Positions 7,044-13,235 of a stretch of DNA of 13,235 bases are shown in pieces. The stretch lies in NCBI GenBank assembly GCA_018894775.1, contig JAHIPG010000324.1:1-13235 (forward strand), in the 5' to 3' direction. Position 1 is the stretch's first letter; each line of letters opens with the position of its first letter. This stretch comes from Nanobdellota archaeon. Lineage in GTDB: Archaea; Nanobdellota; Nanobdellia; SCGC-AAA011-G17; VGLX01. The notes below the pieces were generated by a model that was not told where the DNA came from, did not search any database, and saw only the letters and a list, made by a program, of their open reading frames with translations. A program made the position numbers and the translations under genes.

Positions 7044-7757
7044 TTAAATATTTCCTTCGTTATCTTCCCTTTTCAGAACTGTTTCACCCTTTTCAACTAT
7101 CTCTATATCCTGCCTTAACTTTACAAGTTTCTTTGGCGGAATAACCCCTCTTATGACCATGTTAGCATAAGTCCATGAATGTTTTCCTATAAGAGTTCCA
7201 GGCGCTGATGCACAATTGGCTCCAATCCTTGCGTATTCTCCCATCACACATCCGAATTTCTCTGTTCCGGTTGAGAACGTTTCATCACCTATCTTTACAT
7301 TAACCTCTTTCTGATCAAATCTCCTGTTACCTGTTATGGCTCCGGATGCTACCCTTGCACCTTTTCCCAGTATAGAATCTCCTACAAAAGAATTCGTACC
7401 CATCTTAACTTCATCAAATATGATTGAATTCTTCAATTCCACACCATGACCAATAACAACATTGTTCCCTACAATAGTTTTGGCACGGATCATAGCACCA
7501 GGCCTTATTGTACAGTTTTCACCGATTATACACGGTCCTTCTATGATAACATTAGAGCCAACTATAGTTCCTTTGCCTATCACAACATCGCCTTTTATCT
7601 CTGCAGTCTCATGCACTTCTCCTTCTATTTTTTTCTGTGAGAAATCTATTATATCATCTTTCTTCTTTATCGCTTCCCAGGGATATTCAACCTTCTCAAA
7701 TACCTCTTTACATGGGCACGCATTCATATCATCAAAATAAGATTCCATAGTTTTCAT
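7044..7757 (-). CDS. Left-handed beta-helix (hexapeptide-repeat) acetyltransferase domain protein, like the GlmU C-terminal domain but standing alone
   Basis: 237 aa. Hexapeptide repeats (IGKGTIVGSNVIIEGPCIIGENCTI...). The C-terminal segment ITGNRRFDQKEVNVKIGDETFSTGTEKFGCV...ASAPGTLIG parallels the GlmU acetyltransferase region (TCNYDG.NK..T.IGD.VF.GS...L.APV). No nucleotidyltransferase domain is present. Confidence 0.7.
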   Translation of the reverse strand: MKTMESYFDDMNACPCKEVFEKVEYPWEAIKKKDDIIDFSQKKIEGEVHETAEIKGDVVIGKGTIVGSNVIIEGPCIIGENCTIRPGAMIRAKTIVGNNVVIGHGVELKNSIIFDEVKMGTNSFVGDSILGKGARVASGAITGNRRFDQKEVNVKIGDETFSTGTEKFGCVMGEYARIGANCASAPGTLIGKHSWTYANMVIRGVIPPKKLVKLRQDIEIVEKGETVLKREDNEGNI

Positions 7758-7776
7758 GTTTTGATTAGTATTTCAA

Positions 7777-7792
7777 CAAAACTTAAAAACTT
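7777..7792. promoter_or_regulatory. Tandem 8-bp direct repeat AAAACTTA AAAACTTA in the 55-bp divergent promoter region between the LbH gene and the CxxCxxCC gene
   Basis: Seen directly. A/T-rich and at a suitable distance to be a TATA/BRE element for either divergent gene. Confidence 0.3.
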
Positions 7793-7812
7793 ATCTATAC
7801 TTCCTCCCATAT

Positions 7813-8217
7813 ATGGCAGATACGATTGTTGATGGGAACACAAGGTGGAAATGCATGCTCTGCGGGAAATGTTGTAGAGAGATTGGTCGTGGACTTGAAG
7901 GTTCTCGGTTAGAATTGGATCGTAAGTCAGGTAGGTGTGCTAAGCTTAATATCAAGAATATGTGTTCAGAATACCAAAGAAGGCCTGTTATCTGCCAGAT
8001 GTATCCATTTCATCCTTCTAGGGAAGCTTTAGCTCTTGGAGAGGTTGATTTTAGCATCGGCAAGCTTTTGATAGACCCTGCTTGTCCTGGTTTTGGGCAG
8101 GGAGGAAAAGTATTGGATAACAAACTTTTGATGGAAGAGCTTAAAAAGGTGGCTTTGCTCCTTGAACACAGAATTGATTTGATCAACCAAGGTAAAGTTG
8201 TTGATGCATTTTTTTGA
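7813..8217 (+). CDS. CxxCxxCC-motif protein (YkgJ/UPF0153 family, putative Fe-S or Zn-binding)
   Basis: 134 aa. CMLCGKCC (C-x2-C-x2-CC) near the N-terminus plus the downstream family signature CSEYQRRPVICQMYPF (C..Y..RP..C..YPF). No SD, so probably leaderless. Confidence 0.75.
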   Translation: MADTIVDGNTRWKCMLCGKCCREIGRGLEGSRLELDRKSGRCAKLNIKNMCSEYQRRPVICQMYPFHPSREALALGEVDFSIGKLLIDPACPGFGQGGKVLDNKLLMEELKKVALLLEHRIDLINQGKVVDAFF

Positions 8218-8219
8218 AA

Positions 8220-8912
8220 ATGAAACCAAAAGTTTTGGTCGGCTGCCCGACATCTTTCCATAAGGAATATTGTTTGGATAAGTATGTTAAAGGAGTTAAG
8301 AGACTTACTTACAAAAATTTTGACTTTCTTTTAGTTGATAATTCTGAGGACGATGTTTATTTTAACAAGCTAAAGAAAACAGGGCTGAATGTTATCAAAG
8401 GCCCTTGGTTTGATGGAGCTATGGATAGGATTATTGAGTCTAGAAATATGTTGCGACAGAAAGTTCTTGACGAAGGTTATGATTATTTCTTTTCTTTGGA
8501 GCAGGATGTAATCACCCCTCCTGATGTTATTGAACGAATGATAGGCCACAAAAAGAAATTGGTAACAGGAGTGTATTTTGCTAATAACAGTATGCCTGAT
8601 GGTTCTATTGCTTTGATACCTTTAGTGTATAAATTAGTCGATAAAGCAAATCTAAGCATGGCCCCTATTAACGAGCAGGAATTTGAAAGCAACAAATTTA
8701 TTGAGGTTGTATCCGCAGGATTGGGTTGTGTCATGATTCACAGAGATATTCTTAAAGATATAAAGTTCAGATATGAGAACAAGGTTTTTGATGACCGGTT
8801 CTTTTTCAAGGATTGTTATGATAAAAAGTTTAAGGTATTTTGCGACACATCTATAAAGTGCAAACACTACATACTTAACAGGCCTTATCCCTGGAGCAAG
8901 ATTAAAAAATGA
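8220..8912 (+). CDS. Putative GT-A fold glycosyltransferase (family-2-like)
   Basis: 230 aa. VLVGCPT beta1, FLLVDNSED and SLEQD (DxD-like) acidic motifs, CVMIHRDIL. The ORF track starts at TTG 8214; the first ATG is at 8220, 2 nt after the upstream stop. The stop TGA overlaps the next ATG (ATGA at 8909-8912). Confidence 0.55.
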   Translation: MKPKVLVGCPTSFHKEYCLDKYVKGVKRLTYKNFDFLLVDNSEDDVYFNKLKKTGLNVIKGPWFDGAMDRIIESRNMLRQKVLDEGYDYFFSLEQDVITPPDVIERMIGHKKKLVTGVYFANNSMPDGSIALIPLVYKLVDKANLSMAPINEQEFESNKFIEVVSAGLGCVMIHRDILKDIKFRYENKVFDDRFFFKDCYDKKFKVFCDTSIKCKHYILNRPYPWSKIKK

Positions 8913-9670
8913 AACCCAAAGATTTGGTTAAGAAAATTTTGGAATGTGATATGAGGGGTATTGGTAAAGCAATCAGTCTTGCAGAGAATGAGATTCGTGG
9001 TTATAAGAAGGTTCTTAAGAAGATTAAGAAACATACTGGTAATGCACATATCATAGGTATAACTGGTTTTCCTGGGGCTGGTAAAAGCACTTTAATTAGA
9101 TGTATAATTGAAGAGTATCTTGAGCAGGACAATAAGGTTGGTGTTGTAGCGGTTGATCCTTCTTCTCTTAGCGGAGGTTCTATACTTGGTGATAGGGTCA
9201 GGATGCACATCAAAGATTATTTAAGCTACAGTAATAATCTTTTCATTAGAAGTATGCCTTCAAGAGGCCATACTGGCGGATTAGCAAAAGGCACAAGTAA
9301 TGCTGTTAAGATTCTAGATGCTGCAGGTTATGAGAAGATAATCGTTGAGACTGTTGGTGCTGGCCAAAGTGATATTGACATCATGAACATAGCTCATACT
9401 TCTATAGTTGTTGTAACTCCTGGTATGGGCGGTATCCAGACTATAAAAGGAGGCATAATGGAGATTGCTGACCTATATGTTATCAACAAGGCTGATCTTC
9501 CTGGCAGTTACATTACCGAGAGTGAAATCAAACAAATGATAGGATTTAAAAAAAATGACAAAAATTGGACTCCTGAAGTATACAAAACTCAGGCTAATAA
9601 TGACAAAGGTATCAAAGAATTAATTGAAGGTATAGAAAAACATTATGAATTTATAAAAAAGAATAAATAA
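8909..9670 (+). CDS. MeaB/ArgK-like G3E-family P-loop GTPase, a short form
   Basis: 253 aa. Walker A GITGFPGAGKST, VDPSS..GGSILGDR, SRGHTGG, switch/Walker B ETVGAGQSD, NKAD specificity motif. Only about 55 aa follow NKAD, so the usual C-terminal dimerisation extension seems to be missing. Confidence 0.8.
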   Translation: MKPKDLVKKILECDMRGIGKAISLAENEIRGYKKVLKKIKKHTGNAHIIGITGFPGAGKSTLIRCIIEEYLEQDNKVGVVAVDPSSLSGGSILGDRVRMHIKDYLSYSNNLFIRSMPSRGHTGGLAKGTSNAVKILDAAGYEKIIVETVGAGQSDIDIMNIAHTSIVVVTPGMGGIQTIKGGIMEIADLYVINKADLPGSYITESEIKQMIGFKKNDKNWTPEVYKTQANNDKGIKELIEGIEKHYEFIKKNK

Positions 9671-9671
9671 T

Positions 9672-10877
9672 TTAGATTTGGTCTAGTGCTTCTTTAAGGT
9701 CTGATTCTATGTCTTCTACGTTTTCTATTCCGACTGAGATTCTTACTAGTCCGTCTGTTATGTTCTTTTCTAGCCTTTCTTCTTTTGGGATGTTTGCGTG
9801 TGTCATTCCTGCTGGATGTTGTATCAATGTATCTACTGTTCCCAAACTTACTGCCAAGCTTATTGATTGGGCATTAGCTGCTATGTAATCCATCATTTTT
9901 TTCCCTGCTTCTTTTCCACCTTTCAGTTCAAATCCTATTATACCACTAAATCCAGGTTCTCCATCTACTGTTACCATCTGTTTCTTTGCTGTATCATGTT
10001 GTGGGAATGATTTCAGACCTGGATAGTATACTTTGTCTATCTTTGGATGGTTTTCTAAGAATTCTGCAATCTTCATCCCGTTTTCATTGTGTTTTCTCAT
10101 CCTAAGAGGGAACGTTTTTAGACCTCTGATCACTCTATATGCATCCTCTGGGCTCATTGTGGCCCCTAGGTCAATTGTTATTGCCCTTAGTGAACCTTGC
10201 ACATATTCTTTTTTTCCGATTACTGCTCCACCTACTACATCTCCATGACCATTCAGGTATTTTGTCAGGCTGTGTACTATTATGTCTGCACCTAGTTCTA
10301 ATGGTCTTTGGTTGAATGGTGTTGCGAATGTGTTGTCTACAGCTACAGGAATGTTATGTTTTTTTGCTATATTTGATATTTCTTTTATGTCTGATACATC
10401 CATTGTTGGGTTTGCAGGCGTTTCTAGGTAGATTAACTTTGTATTTTCTTTGATCGCTTTCTCTACCTCTTCTGGATTACTAGCGTCAACAAATGTTATC
10501 TCTAATCCATACTGTGTTAATTTTTTTGAGAATAATGTATCTGTGCACCCATAGAGGACTTTTCCTGAAACTATATGGTCTCCTTTTTTTGCAAGGCTCA
10601 TTACTAATGCTGCTATTGCCCCCATACCGGATCCGTAGACTAGGCAGTCTTCTCCACCCTCCAGTATGGCTAGTTTGTTCTGGAGAACTCTTTGTGTAGG
10701 GTTATTTAGCCTTGTATAAACAAATTTATCGTTCTCTCTTGCGAATGCTTGTCTTCCTTCCTCTACATTTTTGAAAATGAATGTTGATGTTTGATATATT
10801 GGACAGGTATGTGCTCCTTCAGCAAAATGGGGTTCGCCGCCGTGTACGGCTTTTGTGTCATATCCTTTGTTTTTCAT
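9672..10877 (-). CDS. Cys/Met-metabolism PLP-dependent enzyme (methionine gamma-lyase / cystathionine gamma-synthase / O-acetylhomoserine sulfhydrylase family)
   Basis: 401 aa. YTRLNNPT motif; PLP-lysine context SLTKYLNGHGDVVGG; AVDNTFATP. Its stop is 1 nt from the MeaB-like stop, so the two genes converge. Confidence 0.85.
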   Translation of the reverse strand: MKNKGYDTKAVHGGEPHFAEGAHTCPIYQTSTFIFKNVEEGRQAFARENDKFVYTRLNNPTQRVLQNKLAILEGGEDCLVYGSGMGAIAALVMSLAKKGDHIVSGKVLYGCTDTLFSKKLTQYGLEITFVDASNPEEVEKAIKENTKLIYLETPANPTMDVSDIKEISNIAKKHNIPVAVDNTFATPFNQRPLELGADIIVHSLTKYLNGHGDVVGGAVIGKKEYVQGSLRAITIDLGATMSPEDAYRVIRGLKTFPLRMRKHNENGMKIAEFLENHPKIDKVYYPGLKSFPQHDTAKKQMVTVDGEPGFSGIIGFELKGGKEAGKKMMDYIAANAQSISLAVSLGTVDTLIQHPAGMTHANIPKEERLEKNITDGLVRISVGIENVEDIESDLKEALDQI

Positions 10878-10926
10878 AGTTATTAGAAAGGTATGATGTA
10901 GTAATATAAGCTTTTCGGTAAAAAAA

Positions 10927-11829
10927 TTATTTCTTCTTGGTTCTGTATCTTCCTATGTTAAGATATTTTCCTATGTTAGCATCACGGTCAACAATGTTTT
11001 CTATCCCTCCGGGTTTTGATGTTGTTAGTATTGTCATGATTCCTGGTCCATGTCCGGCCATAACACAATCACTGTGTACAACGACTCCTATTGACATTGC
11101 TCCTTCTTTGTATATCCTTCCGTAAGAATGGTCTGCGTCTATTATCGCAACAAGGTCTCCGAACCTTAGCTTGTCTAGCTTAAAATCTTTTACAGCTTTT
11201 GGGTCAAATGTCTGGACGTCATAATCTCCTCTGTGGGCGTATGTTGATCCAAGGCCTGAGCCCATGAATTTTGCGTGTACGTTACTTGCCACTTTCAATA
11301 ATAAAATGCCAGTTTCGTGTTTTCTTTTAACAATGAAATGGTCCAGAAGTTTGGGGTCTATGTTCATAGCTTTTACATGAGGAAAATCAGGAAGCTCTAA
11401 TCCTGTTCCATAGGCTTTTATCTGTATCTTATCACCTATTGCCATATTTTCTAGTGTTTCATCAGGAAAATCTATAATAACATGTTCTATTCCGCCATGT
11501 TTTCCTGTGACTATTCCCTTATCACCCTTAGCGTCTCCTGTTATGACTCTTGCTTCATTACCTACACAGGAATATATGTTTAGAGCATCATTTGCAGACC
11601 TATAGCCCTTAACAGGTTCTTTATTAGTTATGCTTACTCCAGGTTCTACATGGTCTGCCTGCAAACCCATCGCATAATCTCCTACTTTTACATTATATGT
11701 GATTCCTCCGACTTGAGGTAATATTTTTGCCTGACCATCATATGTGTTGATAATGCCACCTGTTAGAGGACTTGCAATCTCTCCAACTACAGAAATCTCA
11801 ACCAGCTTATCTTTATTGGTTTTGACCAT
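10927..11829 (-). CDS. Conserved hypothetical protein, Gly-rich, probably two beta-barrel-like halves
   Basis: About 300 aa. The ORF track start is TTG at 11841; I prefer the ATG at 11827-11829, which has a strong SD GGGGGGT 4 nt upstream. Two VGD/FGD-containing halves (NVKVGDYAMGLQADH and LRFGDLVAIIDADH). It may be a DUF4438-type protein, but I cannot confirm that from memory. Confidence 0.55.
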   Translation of the reverse strand: MVKTNKDKLVEISVVGEIASPLTGGIINTYDGQAKILPQVGGITYNVKVGDYAMGLQADHVEPGVSITNKEPVKGYRSANDALNIYSCVGNEARVITGDAKGDKGIVTGKHGGIEHVIIDFPDETLENMAIGDKIQIKAYGTGLELPDFPHVKAMNIDPKLLDHFIVKRKHETGILLLKVASNVHAKFMGSGLGSTYAHRGDYDVQTFDPKAVKDFKLDKLRFGDLVAIIDADHSYGRIYKEGAMSIGVVVHSDCVMAGHGPGIMTILTTSKPGGIENIVDRDANIGKYLNIGRYRTKKK

Positions 11830-11889
11830 TTTACCCCCCAAAATATTAACTTAAAAATAGACTAGAATCAACATTTATAAAATCTTTGT

Positions 11890-11925
11890 TTTAATAAAAA
11901 GAAAAAAAATAAAAAAGAAGTTTTT
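11890..11925 (-). terminator. Long oligo-T tract on the minus strand (A-runs on plus) immediately after the surface-protein stop, a candidate archaeal terminator
   Basis: Minus-strand reading: TAG AAAAACTTCTTTTTTATTTTTTTTCTTTTTATT. Confidence 0.4.
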
Positions 11926-13235
11926 CTAGCTTCTTTTGCTGAACAACATTTTTATGAAGAATATTGCGATTACTACAAGTAGTAAATCTCCTATAATCCA
12001 AAGTGTTGTTCCGCTGAACAAGTTTTTGAAAACTCCGCCTTCAGTGTCTGCTTCAACAACTGATCCACCAGTTATTTCGTTTCCAGTAGTTTTTGGAATT
12101 GTCATGCTTAGTGTTTTTGTTGCGATTACTTTTGTTCCTTCTTTTACGTTCACTGTTACACTGTGCATTCCTTCTGAAGCATCGTCATTTGGAAGAATTG
12201 TCAAGTAGTATGTGCTACTTTGTCCAGCTGTTAGGAAAGCTTCGATTTCTGATGTTGTTGTTGCCCAATCTCCTATGTTTGAGACTGTTACTGTGTATGT
12301 TTTGTCTTCATCATCTGTGTTTGTAAGCTTTACTGGTATGCTGAATGAGTCTCCTGCTTCAATTTCTGTTGGTGTTCCTTCTGTTGAGATTGTTGCTGTT
12401 CCTGTGGTTGTAGTTGTTGTGGTTGTTGTACTTGTTCCTTCTACGAAGATTGTTATGAATTCTTCACCTGAATCGTAGTTTTCATCATCTTCGTCGTATA
12501 CATAGATTTCTAAATCATAGTTTCCTTCTTCAGCATCTTCTGGTACTGTGAAGCTTAGTGTTACTGTGTATTCATCATCGTCGCCTGATTCATAAGCATC
12601 TATGTCGAATAGTTCAGATTTTACTTCTATGTCCATTTCGCCATTCTTGACTTTTACATAGACATCTTCTTCATCCCTATCACCAACGTTTTCCACATCA
12701 ACTTTTACGTCAACTGTTTCACCAGCTTTCGCGGTTGAAGGGCTTAGTACTATTTTTTCGATAGTTACGTCATGCTTTTTTCTTTTGAAGTCTAAATTAT
12801 CTTCAAATTTCCAGTCACACTGTTCTTCATCGTTTCCATCTTCGTATACTGAAATGAAAACTATGAACTTGTTGCCCATATCAACATCAGTTGGTATTTC
12901 AAGTATAAGATCAATGTTATCTTCACTTTCGTCTTCATCCAGATCAAAACTATCTGATTTGACTACATCAAGCCTTTTACCATCTGTAATGTCATATAGA
13001 ACTGCTTCAACTTCGATGTCTTCTAAGTCTTCTTCTCCTTCGTTTTCAACATCTACTTCTATTTCAATGTTGTCACCAGGATAGAAATCTTCATCATCAT
13101 CTATAATGTCGTAGTCTATTGTTAGGCTTGATCCACCTAAAAAATCACCACAAACATCATCTGGTCTGACGAATGTTATGAATGATTCAGAATCAGATCC
13201 TATTGGCGATCCATCATCTATTACTGTAACAACTA
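11926..13235 (-). CDS. Partial (N-terminus outside the window) highly acidic surface protein with CARDB-like repeats, a poly-Thr stalk and a C-terminal TM anchor; S-layer/surface-glycoprotein-like
   Basis: I translated the frame upstream of the track's Met (12879) by hand and found no stop through 13235, so the gene continues beyond the window. Two about 100-aa D/E-rich repeats with a CARDB-like pattern (P..A.AGE.V.V.V.V.N.G...E). Thr9 run plus TxT stalk. C-terminal hydrophobic helix LWIIGDLLLVVIAIFFIKMLF followed by basic SKRS. Confidence 0.75.
   Translation of the reverse strand, partial: VVTVIDDGSPIGSDSESFITFVRPDDVCGDFLGGSSLTIDYDIIDDDEDFYPGDNIEIEVDVENEGEEDLEDIEVEAVLYDITDGKRLDVVKSDSFDLDEDESEDNIDLILEIPTDVDMGNKFIVFISVYEDGNDEEQCDWKFEDNLDFKRKKHDVTIEKIVLSPSTAKAGETVDVKVDVENVGDRDEEDVYVKVKNGEMDIEVKSELFDIDAYESGDDDEYTVTLSFTVPEDAEEGNYDLEIYVYDEDDENYDSGEEFITIFVEGTSTTTTTTTTTGTATISTEGTPTEIEAGDSFSIPVKLTNTDDEDKTYTVTVSNIGDWATTTSEIEAFLTAGQSSTYYLTILPNDDASEGMHSVTVNVKEGTKVIATKTLSMTIPKTTGNEITGGSVVEADTEGGVFKNLFSGTTLWIIGDLLLVVIAIFFIKMLFSKRS
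12392..12437 (-). repeat. Simple (GTN)n codon repeat encoding the poly-Thr/Gly/Ala stalk
   Basis: gttgctgttcctgtggttgtagttgttgtggttgttgtacttgtt on the plus strand. Confidence 0.7.

Noticed and set aside
8214-8219. TTG start at 8214 for the GT-like gene and TTG start at 11841 for the hypothetical gene, as given by the ORF track
   Set aside because: The track evidently accepts TTG as an initiator. In both cases an in-frame ATG lies a few codons downstream (8220 and 11829), the latter with a perfect SD, so I moved the starts.
8010-8261. Minus-strand ORFs 8010-8261 and 8029-8253, and 8483-8867, overlapping the CxxCxxCC and GT genes
   Set aside because: No motifs. They overlap better-supported plus-strand genes that have domain signatures and operon-style coupling.
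11936-13084. Plus-strand ORFs (11936-12208, 12093-12326, 12212-12478, 12785-13084) with Ser/Leu-rich or VVVVV translations
   Set aside because: They are antisense to the D/E/T-rich surface-protein gene (GAx/ACx codons read backwards) and so are classic shadow ORFs.

Overview
The window is AT-rich and looks archaeal. The evidence is an archaeal/eukaryal-type LeuRS, an archaeal CTP-dependent riboflavin-kinase-like gene, two tRNAs without encoded CCA, TATA-like boxes about 30 bp upstream of the tRNA 5' ends, oligo-T tracts downstream of genes, and mostly Shine-Dalgarno-less starts. The host is probably a small-genome (DPANN-like?) archaeon. Gene order: leuS (-); a divergent tRNA-Arg(TCT)/tRNA-Cys(GCA) pair (+); a RibK-like gene (+); a compositionally distinct 2-gene membrane module on the minus strand; a 440-bp AT-rich gap; an LbH acetyltransferase (-) divergent from a tightly coupled CxxCxxCC(YkgJ-family)/GT2-like/MeaB-like GTPase operon (+); a convergent Cys/Met-metabolism PLP enzyme (-); a conserved hypothetical (-); and a partial, very acidic CARDB-like surface protein (-). 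The membrane module is a 6-TM protein plus a 661-aa flotillin-like SPFH protein. Spot counts give about 50% GC in that SPFH gene against about 25-35% in flanking genes. The SPFH protein carries four tandem copies of its own N-terminal SPFH beta-segment and is bracketed by an 11-bp inverted repeat. The surface protein has a poly-Thr stalk and a C-terminal TM anchor. No CRISPR array, integrase or transposase is visible. The ORF track uses TTG as a start in at least two cases, and I moved those starts to nearby ATGs.
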